Shown here: piece by piece, positions 9,928 to 17,683 of the stretch
How positions within the stretch are numbered: position 1 is the first letter of the stretch
Layout of the letters: each line of letters begins with the position of its first letter
Assembly (NCBI GenBank): GCA_037444445.1
Contig: JBBIMK010000005.1
Location: forward strand, 60,001-92,000
Reading direction: 5' to 3'
DNA length: 32,000 nucleotides
Source of the DNA: a bacterium
GTDB lineage: Bacteria; UBP7; UBA6624; JBBIMK01
The notes under the pieces: generated by a model
The model's input: the letters and a program-made list of their open reading frames with translations, nothing else
Databases searched by the model: none
Told to the model about the DNA's origin: nothing
Translations under genes and position numbers: made by a program

Positions 9928-10263
9928 GGGCGTGGTTGGATAATTTGGGCATGGAAGTCCTCCAGAAATTTTTCGCCTCCCCCCACTCTCCCCGTGTAAC
10001 TCTGGGGGCGGGACCCATCGGGGAATATCTGGAAAATCTCTCGCGAAATAGATTATGGGCAGCGAGTGAAGAAGACTATACTGAATAATGGTGAATATGA
10101 TTGAGGATGCGAGTGAATGCCTCCAGAGTGAATGAAGGTTTTATGTCCGATGTTACCGTAAGTATCAATAAGTATCAAGTAGAGTGATATGTCTCCACCG
10201 CCGAAAATATCAACGACAATCCTTCATCCTGTCTGTTTACGATGGGGAGGGAAAGAAGTGGGG

Positions 10264-11325
10264 TTAGAGTGTGAAGGTGGTAATGCCTTGAATGCGGCCG
10301 ATGCGGGAGTGTAATAGATTCCAGGAATCTCCACCATCGTCGGAAGTATAGAGTTGCCCGGTAGTGGTTCCGAAGAACAGGGTTCCGTCATCACTGGAGG
10401 TCAGGGCGTGGCGGAGGACGCAAGTGTGAATGTGTGAGGGTAACCCTTTGCTTGCCTTTTCCCAGGTTATTCCGGTATCGGATGAACGCCAGACTTCCAG
10501 CGGTCCCTGGATGCAACTATTGTGATGTTTACATTTTCCTTGATAAGCAGGGATTACGAAGATAGTGGGATGGGAAGCAATAGTAACCGCAATGGGGAAG
10601 CCGTGTCGGCTGGGTAGCCCTTCACTGATATCCTGCCACGACTCGCCAGAATCGTCGCTCCGATATACTCCGCAATGATTCTGCTGGAAGAGGAGAGTTT
10701 TCTGTTTTTTCAGTGGAGCCATAGCGATGCGATGGGTGCAAGCATGGACTTCTTTCAGGTGGTGGGGGTCATTTTTTGCTGTCGGGCATGAGGAGAGAGT
10801 ACCTTTCCGGATGCGAGTCCACGAAGCGCCATCGTCATCGGAGCGATAGGCTCCTCCTCCGGAACTGACGATATAGATTCGCCCGTTTTTTAAAGGGTCA
10901 AACAGCACTGTGTGTAAGCAATGCCCGGTGGTGCCAAAGCCCCAGTCAATTCCCCACTCTTTCCGACCGGGTGCCTGATGGAGCCCTTCCACATCGTTCC
11001 AGGAAATTCCTCCATTCTCGGAGCGGAAGAGGTGTCCATAGTGTGTGCCCGCAAGAATTACCCGGGGATTTTCAGGGTTCAGAGTGAGGGTCCAGACTTT
11101 CCGGATAGGCATACCCTGATAAGAGCGTGTCCATTTTCTTCCGATGTTTTTGCTGATATAAACGCCGTCGGTGAGGGTTGCTGAATACAAAATTCCGGAA
11201 TGTTCATCTACGGCATAGTGGTTCACAGAATGGGCTATGAGGAAGGTGCGGAGTAATTTCCACTTCCTTCCTACCTGTTGAAAGAGAACACCTGCGTTAT
11301 CAGTGCCTATCAGTAATCCTCTCAT
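10264..11325 (-). CDS. BNR/Asp-box repeat beta-propeller protein (sialidase/Ycf48-like fold), no signal peptide
   Basis: There are six SxDxGxxW-type Asp-boxes: SKNIGRKW, SENGGISW, SDDDGASW, SDDSGESW, SSDTGITW and SDDGGDSW. A GGAGGG RBS lies 7-12 nt upstream of the ATG at 11325. Confidence 0.75.
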   Translation of the reverse strand: MRGLLIGTDNAGVLFQQVGRKWKLLRTFLIAHSVNHYAVDEHSGILYSATLTDGVYISKNIGRKWTRSYQGMPIRKVWTLTLNPENPRVILAGTHYGHLFRSENGGISWNDVEGLHQAPGRKEWGIDWGFGTTGHCLHTVLFDPLKNGRIYIVSSGGGAYRSDDDGASWTRIRKGTLSSCPTAKNDPHHLKEVHACTHRIAMAPLKKQKTLLFQQNHCGVYRSDDSGESWQDISEGLPSRHGFPIAVTIASHPTIFVIPAYQGKCKHHNSCIQGPLEVWRSSDTGITWEKASKGLPSHIHTCVLRHALTSSDDGTLFFGTTTGQLYTSDDGGDSWNLLHSRIGRIQGITTFTL

Positions 11326-11337
11326 AGCCCGCCCTCC

Positions 11338-12150
11338 TTATGGTTTGATATTCTTCTTTTCGTGGGCAGAAGAAGTAGCCCGAGAGTTTTTCACTGCAAT
11401 CAATTGAGCGAGAATGGAGACAGCGATTTCTTCTGGGCTCTTGCCACCGATGGGCAATCCAATGGGTGCGTGAACTCGTTGTAGAGCGGATTCTAAAATG
11501 CCCTCTTTTTTGAATTCGTGGACAAATTGGAGCCATTTAGATTTGGAGCCCACCATTCCCAGGTAGGCGACGGGCTTCTGGCAGTAACGACGAACGAGGG
11601 ATTTATCTATTTCATGGTCCCGGGTGACGATGACGATGTAAGTGTTTTCATCCACCGGTGGGATGTTTTTTTCGAACTCGGGGTCGGTGAGAATGACTTT
11701 CCGGGCGCCGGGGTGGAGCCCAGGGGTAGCGAACTCGGGTCGGTCGTCCACGACGGTGATGGAAAAGAGGGCTGTGTCACCGGTCAGGCGTGAAAGAGCG
11801 CGGGCAATATGCCCCCCGCCGAAAATCAATAATTGGGGTGGCGGATGGAAAGCCTGCAGGAAGACTGTGGCTTGCCCCGCACAGTACATCCCTGCTTCCG
11901 AAGGCGTCAGTAAGTATTCCTTCAGCAGGGTTTTCCCCTCTCTCATCAGGTGGAGGGCATCCTGGATAACTTCCGCTTCAAAAGTTCCACCTCCGATGGT
12001 TCCTTCACCGGAGGAATCGGGGAAGATAATCATGCGGGCACCCGGCTCCCGGGGCGAGGAGCCCTTCACTCCCACCAGTTCAGCGAGAACGAACACTTTA
12101 CGCTCCTCCAGCAGGTCTGCGATGCGCCGGTGAAATTTTTCTTCCTCCAT
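11338..12150 (-). CDS. XdhC/CoxI-family molybdoenzyme maturation accessory protein
   Basis: The N-terminal FVLAELVGVKGSSPREPGARMI...GTIGGGTFE and the Rossmann-like LLIFGGGHIARAL...YIVIVTRDHEID are typical XdhC family blocks. Confidence 0.8.
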   Translation of the reverse strand: MEEEKFHRRIADLLEERKVFVLAELVGVKGSSPREPGARMIIFPDSSGEGTIGGGTFEAEVIQDALHLMREGKTLLKEYLLTPSEAGMYCAGQATVFLQAFHPPPQLLIFGGGHIARALSRLTGDTALFSITVVDDRPEFATPGLHPGARKVILTDPEFEKNIPPVDENTYIVIVTRDHEIDKSLVRRYCQKPVAYLGMVGSKSKWLQFVHEFKKEGILESALQRVHAPIGLPIGGKSPEEIAVSILAQLIAVKNSRATSSAHEKKNIKP

Positions 12151-12199
12151 TATCGCCGTTACAGCACGGGGTCAGGGGTGGATGGACGAATTCGTTCCA

Positions 12200-13642
12200 T
12201 CAGTATGGGATAGCCGTGCGAATGCGCCTCAATACCTTCTCTTTTCCTAAAATCTCCATGCAGTCAAAAAGAGGTGGAGACGCATCTTTCCCGGTGATTG
12301 CCACCCGGAGGGGCTGGAAAACTTCCTGAGTTTTCAGCCCAGAATCCGAAACGAGTTGTCGCAAGGCTGGCTCAATCTTCTCCCTGATGAAAGGCTCAAT
12401 GAGGTTCAGGACTTCCAGGACCTGCTGGAAAATAACCGGGATATGGGGGTTACTCAAATACTTTTTCTGTAAGGTCGGGGGAATTTTCACCTCCTGGAAG
12501 AAGAAATCCGCTTTCTCCGCGATTTCACCAAAAGTTTCAATACGTTCCAGGAAAAGGGGAGCGATACGAGGTATGAGAGATTCCTGTGCAGGGGACTGGA
12601 GAAGACCTCCTTTCTGGAGAACCTTGCACAGGGCGGATTCAAACTCCTGCCGGGGCATCTGCCGGATGTATTTTCCATTCATCCAATTCAGTTTTTTAAG
12701 GGAAAACCGGGCGGGGGAATGGTGAAGACGCTCCAGTTGGAACGCCTGAATCAGTTCTTCCCGGCTAAAAAATTCCCGCTCACTCCCCGGGGACCAACCG
12801 AGAAGAGCGAGGAAGTTGAACAGTGCCGACGGGAGGTAGCCCCGGGCACGGTAGGCTTCCACGGATGTGGCGCCGTGGCGCTTGGACAGCGGCGTTCCAT
12901 CCTCCCCGTGAATCAGCGGCAGATGGAGAAATTCCGGCGGTTCGTACCCAAAAGCACGATATAACAGCAGTTGCTTGGGGGTATTGGAAAGATGGTCTTC
13001 TCCCCGGAAAACATGTGTAATTCCCATGGCATGGTCATCCACCACCACAGAGAAGTTATAGAGGGGGCTACCGTCCTCCTTCATAATGGAGAAATCACCC
13101 ACTTCCTCACTGAGGAAGTCCACATCACCGCGGAGGCGGTCGTGAAATCGGATTTGTTCACCCATTGGGGTTTTGAAGCGAATCACCGGCTTCAGCCCCT
13201 GGGTTTTCAGGGCTTTTATCTCCTTCGGGGTGTAATCCCGGCAGGGGTGGGGTTTGCCGGGTTTGGGGGCTTGACCGGGCTCACAATAGCAGAAGTAGGC
13301 TTTTCCCTCTTTCAGGAGTCGTTCCACATGTTCCTGATAAAGGGGTTTTCGCTGGGATTGGAAGTATGGGCCGCAAGGGCCACCCACATCCGGTCCTTCA
13401 TCCCAATCCAGTCCCAGCCAGTGGAGGCTGTTGAGGATAGTTTCCACGAATTCCGGGGCGGAGCGTTGCACATCGGTATCCTCAATCCGAAGGATAAAAA
13501 TCCCGCCGGTGTGACGAGCAAAGAGCCAATTATAAAGAGCGGTTCGGGCGTTCCCGATGTGCAAAAGGCCAGTGGGGCTGGGAGCGAAGCGGAGCCGCAC
13601 TTTCCGTTCCCCTGCAGGAAGAGAGCCTCTGTCCTGCATCAC
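12200..13642 (-). CDS. gltX: glutamate--tRNA ligase
   Basis: RLRFAPSPTGLLHIGNARTALYNWLFAR carries the HIGH motif, and LSKRHG is the KMSKS-like motif. The length is typical. The start is either GTG at 13642 or ATG at 13639. Both overlap the ridA stop. Confidence 0.95.
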   Translation of the reverse strand: MMQDRGSLPAGERKVRLRFAPSPTGLLHIGNARTALYNWLFARHTGGIFILRIEDTDVQRSAPEFVETILNSLHWLGLDWDEGPDVGGPCGPYFQSQRKPLYQEHVERLLKEGKAYFCYCEPGQAPKPGKPHPCRDYTPKEIKALKTQGLKPVIRFKTPMGEQIRFHDRLRGDVDFLSEEVGDFSIMKEDGSPLYNFSVVVDDHAMGITHVFRGEDHLSNTPKQLLLYRAFGYEPPEFLHLPLIHGEDGTPLSKRHGATSVEAYRARGYLPSALFNFLALLGWSPGSEREFFSREELIQAFQLERLHHSPARFSLKKLNWMNGKYIRQMPRQEFESALCKVLQKGGLLQSPAQESLIPRIAPLFLERIETFGEIAEKADFFFQEVKIPPTLQKKYLSNPHIPVIFQQVLEVLNLIEPFIREKIEPALRQLVSDSGLKTQEVFQPLRVAITGKDASPPLFDCMEILGKEKVLRRIRTAIPY

Positions 13643-14115
13643 ACCGATTTCTCTCCCTTCCGGATTTTCACCACCATAGAAATTTCCACCGGGGAATTCA
13701 TAGGCAGGGAAGCCACGCCCACGGCTTCCCGGCTGTGTTTGCCTGCTTCTCCGAAGACTTCCACCAGTAACTCAGAGGCACCATTCACCACCAGTGGATG
13801 GGCGGTGAACCCCGGGTCGCTTGCGACATATCCGGTGAGACGGACGATGCGTTCCACCTCTTCATCGGCACGGAGTTCTGAACTCAGGATAGAAAGAAGA
13901 TTCAACGCACTCTGTCGGGAAGCTTCCTGCGCCTGCTGAAGGCTTACCTGTGTGGGAACTTTTCCCTCAAATAACAACTTACCTTCCTTCAATGGGAGGG
14001 TGCCGGAAAGGAAGAAGAGGTTCCCCGCTCGCACCACTGGCACATAACTTGCGATGGGTTTTGGCGGTTCCGGTAGCACAATCCCTTTCACCTTCAAAGT
14101 TTCTCGCCAATCCAT
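13639..14115 (-). CDS. RidA/YjgF/TdcF-family (reactive intermediate deaminase-like) protein
   Basis: YVPVVRAGNLFFLSGTLP...GKV and the C-terminal ASLPMNSPVEISMVV fit the YjgF/RidA fold pattern. The stop overlaps the gltX start. Confidence 0.8.
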   Translation of the reverse strand: MDWRETLKVKGIVLPEPPKPIASYVPVVRAGNLFFLSGTLPLKEGKLLFEGKVPTQVSLQQAQEASRQSALNLLSILSSELRADEEVERIVRLTGYVASDPGFTAHPLVVNGASELLVEVFGEAGKHSREAVGVASLPMNSPVEISMVVKIRKGEKSV

Positions 14116-14231
14116 TTCTCTATTATTCTAACATAAAGGAAGAGGTGTATGACGCAGATGCCCAACTTTGAAGTGCTGGGATTTCGCTTCCCATCGTTCA
14201 GCCTGATAAAATTAGATAGAGTTAAACCCGT

Positions 14232-15428
14232 ATGACACTTCCGTGGGTATTTATTTTTATACCATTTGTTGGGACCCTGGCGGGGTCGGTTGTGAAAACG
14301 GCGGTGGCGTTCCAATCTCGCTCTCTTGGCGGTTTAGGGTGGCAGGTGGGCGCTCTCACTTCCGGATTTATGCTGGCTCGTGCCCTTTCTTCGCCTCTCT
14401 TCGGGTATCTCATGGACCGGCTCACCGGAGATTCGTCCCGGAGAACTTTTTTCCAGCGTCTTTTTATCCTTGCCGGTCTACTTCTTTTCGCTCTGACTTC
14501 TATCTTTTTCCTTCTCACTCCTTTCATCTGGATGCTCATCCTTCTGCGCACACTCCAGGGAGTGTGTGCGGGGGTGCTCTGGCCCACGATGCAAACCTAT
14601 GTGGCGGAAAGTGCCGATGCTCAATCATCGGCGAAGTGGCTGGCCGTCTATTTCATTTCTGGAGAGCTGGGTTTGTCGCTTGGCTATCTCCTCTACGGCT
14701 CTTTTTTTACAGGCTCGTTTTCGGGAGCTATGGGGGCGGGAATTTTTTTCTTCCTGCTCACCGCCTGGAGCACGCGGTATCTTCCTTCTCCGCGTCCAGC
14801 AACGAAGGCTGGCATTTCACCTGCCCTTGCGAACTCCCATTTCTACACTTCTGCCTGGCTATACCTGACTACTTTCAGCGCAGGACTGGGAGTGGGGCTT
14901 ACTGGAGAACTTCTCCTTATTTACCTGAAAGAGGTTCAAGCATTTACCGTTTCGGAGACCACTTATCTTCTTTTTATAGCAGGTGTGGTGGGGCAGGGCG
15001 TCAGCCTTTATCTATCCCATCTGGCAGGTCAAGGGAATTTAGAAGCGGGATTGCATCGCAGTCTTCTGCTGACGGCCTCTGGTGCTTTCCTCCTTTCTTT
15101 TCGCGGAGGTTTTTATACCACCTTTCCCGCTCTACTTTTCCTTTTCAGCGGACTATACAGTTTTTCCCCAATTTCAAGGGCTTACGCAAGCCTACGGTCC
15201 TATAATCCTGCCACGGTGATTGGTTTCCTGAACACGGCTGGCAACCTCGGAGGATTCCTCTCTCCACTCCTCGGGGGGTATCTCTATGAGATTTTTCTTC
15301 ACAAATCGGCGGGTGTTTTTTCTCCTTCTGCTGCACCCTATTTGCTCCTCGCTATCCCTCTTTTAACCCTGGGAGTGCTTCGCCCTTCCGTCTGTATTCA
15401 AAATCAGGAAAATAGAAATCACCCGTGA
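14232..15428 (+). CDS. MFS-type transporter
   Basis: About 11-12 hydrophobic helices are present. An MFS loop 2-3 motif-like segment reads LFGYLMDRLTGDSSRR. The 14243-15205 ORF in another frame is a shadow of this gene. Confidence 0.8.
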   Translation: MTLPWVFIFIPFVGTLAGSVVKTAVAFQSRSLGGLGWQVGALTSGFMLARALSSPLFGYLMDRLTGDSSRRTFFQRLFILAGLLLFALTSIFFLLTPFIWMLILLRTLQGVCAGVLWPTMQTYVAESADAQSSAKWLAVYFISGELGLSLGYLLYGSFFTGSFSGAMGAGIFFFLLTAWSTRYLPSPRPATKAGISPALANSHFYTSAWLYLTTFSAGLGVGLTGELLLIYLKEVQAFTVSETTYLLFIAGVVGQGVSLYLSHLAGQGNLEAGLHRSLLLTASGAFLLSFRGGFYTTFPALLFLFSGLYSFSPISRAYASLRSYNPATVIGFLNTAGNLGGFLSPLLGGYLYEIFLHKSAGVFSPSAAPYLLLAIPLLTLGVLRPSVCIQNQENRNHP

Positions 15429-16084
15429 GAGAAATTCGGGAAATTCTCATCCTCTGGATTTTGACGATGGTTCGGGTCTGGATTCCTTATCTTCATTATA
15501 ACCATCTCGCCGGTGCTGTATGGGTTATGGCTTCGCTGTTTTATCTCCTCTCTGTGCAATATGCCCGGTGGAAGTCAATAAAAGCCCTTCCTGCGACAGA
15601 ATCCTCACTGGCGAAAGAAGGTGGTATTCGCTGGGATACTTTTTTCCCCTGCCTTCGTGTTGTATCGCCATTTCTTGTTGTTTTTATATTCCTGATTGTT
15701 GTAATTTATATCTCGGAGGGGCAACCGACACTTTGCCGAAATCTACCTCTCCGCTATCTCCTCTATTTCCTGTGGGCTTTATTTCAGCAATACCTTTTGC
15801 AGGGTTTCATCGTGGTGCGACTGCGATCCTTCGGGAAAAGTCGGGTGTGGACAGCATTCCTAACGGGGTTGATTTTCGCCAGTGTTCACCTACCCAATCC
15901 AGGCCTCACGGTGGCGACCTTCATCGGTGGATGGATTTTATCCTATGCGTTTTTAATTTACCCCAATCTTTTTTCTGTTGCCATAGCCCATAGCCTGATT
16001 GCTGTGAGTATGAAATGCTTTCTACCGAAGACCATTCTTGCCAACATGTATGTGGGGATTTATTACCTCTATCCGCCCCCTTAA
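15425..16084 (+). CDS. CPBP (CAAX/Abi)-family intramembrane protease homologue with substituted catalytic motifs
   Basis: The protein is polytopic with a CPBP-like motif order. Motif 1 reads FQQYLLQGF (canonical EExxxR in EELLFRG). Motif 2 reads FASVH (FxxxH retained). Motif 3 reads AHSLIAV (HxxxN/D with the N/D lost). The GTG start overlaps the MFS stop (GTGA). Confidence 0.65.
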   Translation: MREIREILILWILTMVRVWIPYLHYNHLAGAVWVMASLFYLLSVQYARWKSIKALPATESSLAKEGGIRWDTFFPCLRVVSPFLVVFIFLIVVIYISEGQPTLCRNLPLRYLLYFLWALFQQYLLQGFIVVRLRSFGKSRVWTAFLTGLIFASVHLPNPGLTVATFIGGWILSYAFLIYPNLFSVAIAHSLIAVSMKCFLPKTILANMYVGIYYLYPPP

Positions 16085-16125
16085 GAGGGGAGCAGGTGGA
16101 AAACCGGAAGCAGGAGGTCGGGAGG

Positions 16126-16308
16126 TTAAGTGGTAGATTTTTTCTCTTCAGAATTTTTCAGGTATTTTTCCGGGTTTTTATCAAAGGCGATTTTACATCC
16201 CCGGGCGCAGAAGTAATAAGTTTTTCCCTGATACACCGAGATAGCCGCCGCCTTCTCCGGGTCCACCTTCATCCCGCAAACCGGGTCGATTTCCATAGCC
16301 ACAATCAT
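16126..16308 (-). CDS. YHS/TRASH-domain small metal-binding protein
   Basis: DPVCGMKVDPEKAAAISVYQGKTYYFCARGCKIAFDKNPEKY is a textbook YHS domain. I chose the start at ATG 16308, which is preceded by GGGGTGG. ATG 16296 or 16365 are also possible. Confidence 0.7.
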   Translation of the reverse strand: MIVAMEIDPVCGMKVDPEKAAAISVYQGKTYYFCARGCKIAFDKNPEKYLKNSEEKKSTT

Positions 16309-16405
16309 CACCACCCCTTCAATTATACAACCCCGACGATAAGTATTGGAAAATCTTACCTCCACATGGTAGATGCTTCACTGCGTTCTGCCTGACGAAA
16401 GGCAT

Positions 16406-16433
16406 TTGACTTCTGTGCCTGACCCCTTATAAT
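16406..16433 (+). promoter_or_regulatory. sigma70-like promoter for the dehydrogenase gene
   Basis: TTGACT (16406-16411), a 16-nt spacer, then TATAAT (16428-16433). A GGAGG RBS at 16456-16460 lies 10 nt before the GTG at 16471. Confidence 0.55.
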
Positions 16434-16470
16434 CACCATTGGACTTGAGAAAGAAGGAGGTTTTTAGAAG

Positions 16471-17499
16471 GTGAGATACCGGGTGGTACTGATTCCTGGG
16501 GATGGCACGGGGCCGGAAATTACGGAGGCAACGGTGAGGGTTCTGGAAGCCACGGGCGTGAAATTTGAATGGATGGAGTATTTAGTGGGAGAAACGGCGT
16601 TGAAGCAGAAGGGCACCCCATTACCCGATGAGGTGATTGAAGCCATTCGTCAGACGAAGGTGGCGCTCAAGGGGCCTATCACCACTCCGATAGCGAGTGG
16701 ATTTCGGAGTGTGAATGTGGCTCTTCGGAAAGCCCTGAACCTGTATGCCAACATCCGACCAGCAAAATATATGCCCGGCGTGAAATCCCGATTCCCGGAG
16801 ACGGACATCGTGGTCATCCGTGAAAACACCGAAGATTTGTATTCCGGGGTAGAATATTTTATGAACCCGGAGACGGCCATTTCGTTGAAAATCATCACCC
16901 GGGAAGCGTCGGAGCGCATCGTCCGTTTCGCCTTTGAGTATGCGCAAAAAGAAGGACGAAAGAAGGTTACCGCCGTCCATAAAGCCAACATCCTGAAGTA
17001 TAGCGATGGACTCTTTCTGGAAGTTGCCCGGTATGTGGCTCAACAATATCCCGACATTGCATTTGAGGATCGCATCGTGGATAATATGTGCATGCAGTTG
17101 GTGCAGAAGCCGGAACTGTATGATGTTCTGGTTCTTCCGAATCTTTATGGCGACATTATTTCGGATTTATGCGCTGGATTGGTGGGGGGGTTAGGGGTGG
17201 CGCCCAGCGGGAATATAGGCGATGACGGCGCTCTGTTTGAAGCGGTCCACGGCAGTGCTCCCAAGTATACCGGTAAGAACAAAGTAAACCCCACCGCCCT
17301 CATCCTCACAGGCGCTATGATGCTCAAGTATTTGGGTGAAGCAGAAGCGGCACTGACAGTGGAACGAGCCGTCCGAAAAGTCATCGCGGAAGGGAAATTT
17401 GTCACTTATGACCTGAAGCCGAACCGGGATGACCCTACCGCCGTAGGCACATCCCAGATGGCGGATGCCATTGTGAAAGTCATTAAAGCTGGCATCTAA
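16471..17499 (+). CDS. isocitrate/homoisocitrate dehydrogenase, NAD-dependent IDH3-like member of the beta-decarboxylating dehydrogenase family
   Basis: [56 protein letters not shown] and [19 protein letters not shown] are the family signatures. The short length of about 340 aa resembles NAD-IDH rather than the NADP Icd of E. coli. Confidence 0.8.
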   Translation: MRYRVVLIPGDGTGPEITEATVRVLEATGVKFEWMEYLVGETALKQKGTPLPDEVIEAIRQTKVALKGPITTPIASGFRSVNVALRKALNLYANIRPAKYMPGVKSRFPETDIVVIRENTEDLYSGVEYFMNPETAISLKIITREASERIVRFAFEYAQKEGRKKVTAVHKANILKYSDGLFLEVARYVAQQYPDIAFEDRIVDNMCMQLVQKPELYDVLVLPNLYGDIISDLCAGLVGGLGVAPSGNIGDDGALFEAVHGSAPKYTGKNKVNPTALILTGAMMLKYLGEAEAALTVERAVRKVIAEGKFVTYDLKPNRDDPTAVGTSQMADAIVKVIKAGI

Positions 17500-17653
17500 C
17501 CCCCCGCTTACGCTCCTTCCCGAGTCATCCTCATAAAATACTCAGAATTTTGGGACCCCTTCACATCGCCTTATGTATTGAAATATCGGGTTTCCACCAC
17601 AGGGATTTCAGAGAGTGAAGGGGGCAGAATTGCAAGAATTTTCTTTTTCCCTG

Positions 17654-17662
17654 TGGTATGAT
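17654..17662 (+). promoter_or_regulatory. extended -10 promoter element TGGTATGAT
   Basis: A TGn-TATGAT element lies 22 nt upstream of the ATG at 17684, with GGGGTGA as a candidate RBS in between. No good -35 element is present. Confidence 0.35.
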
Positions 17663-17683
17663 GGTAAATGGGGGTGATAATTT

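Noticed and set aside
9935-9945. DnaA-box-like TTATCCAAC (minus strand) in the 440-bp gap
   Set aside because: It is a single imperfect box (7 of 9 to TTATCCACA). There are no further boxes, no AT-rich unwinding element, and no dnaA or dnaN nearby. It is not an origin.
9951-10088. 45-aa plus-strand small ORF (MEVLQKFFASPHSPRVTLGAGPIGEYLENLSRNRLWAASEEDYTE) in the noncoding gap
   Set aside because: There is no Shine-Dalgarno sequence upstream, no convincing promoter (the TTGCAA to GATAAT spacing is 20 nt) and no recognisable motif. It remains a possibility only under the intergenic-region finding.
12971-13939. 322-aa plus-strand ORF
   Set aside because: It is entirely antisense to the clearly recognisable gltX and ridA genes. 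Its translation has no motifs and a shadow-frame composition. I treat it as a non-coding antisense frame.
14243-15205. 320-aa plus-strand ORF in a different frame from the MFS gene
   Set aside because: It overlaps the MFS transporter frame, which has regular hydrophobic helices. The alternative frame is R/S/G/F-rich with no structure. It is a frame shadow.
16322-16327. TATAAT (minus strand) just upstream of the YHS gene as a promoter
   Set aside because: A -10-like hexamer is present. However, the -35 region (TCCAAT) is poor, and the implied leader is only a few nucleotides, overlapping the putative RBS. The evidence is too uncertain to call it a feature.
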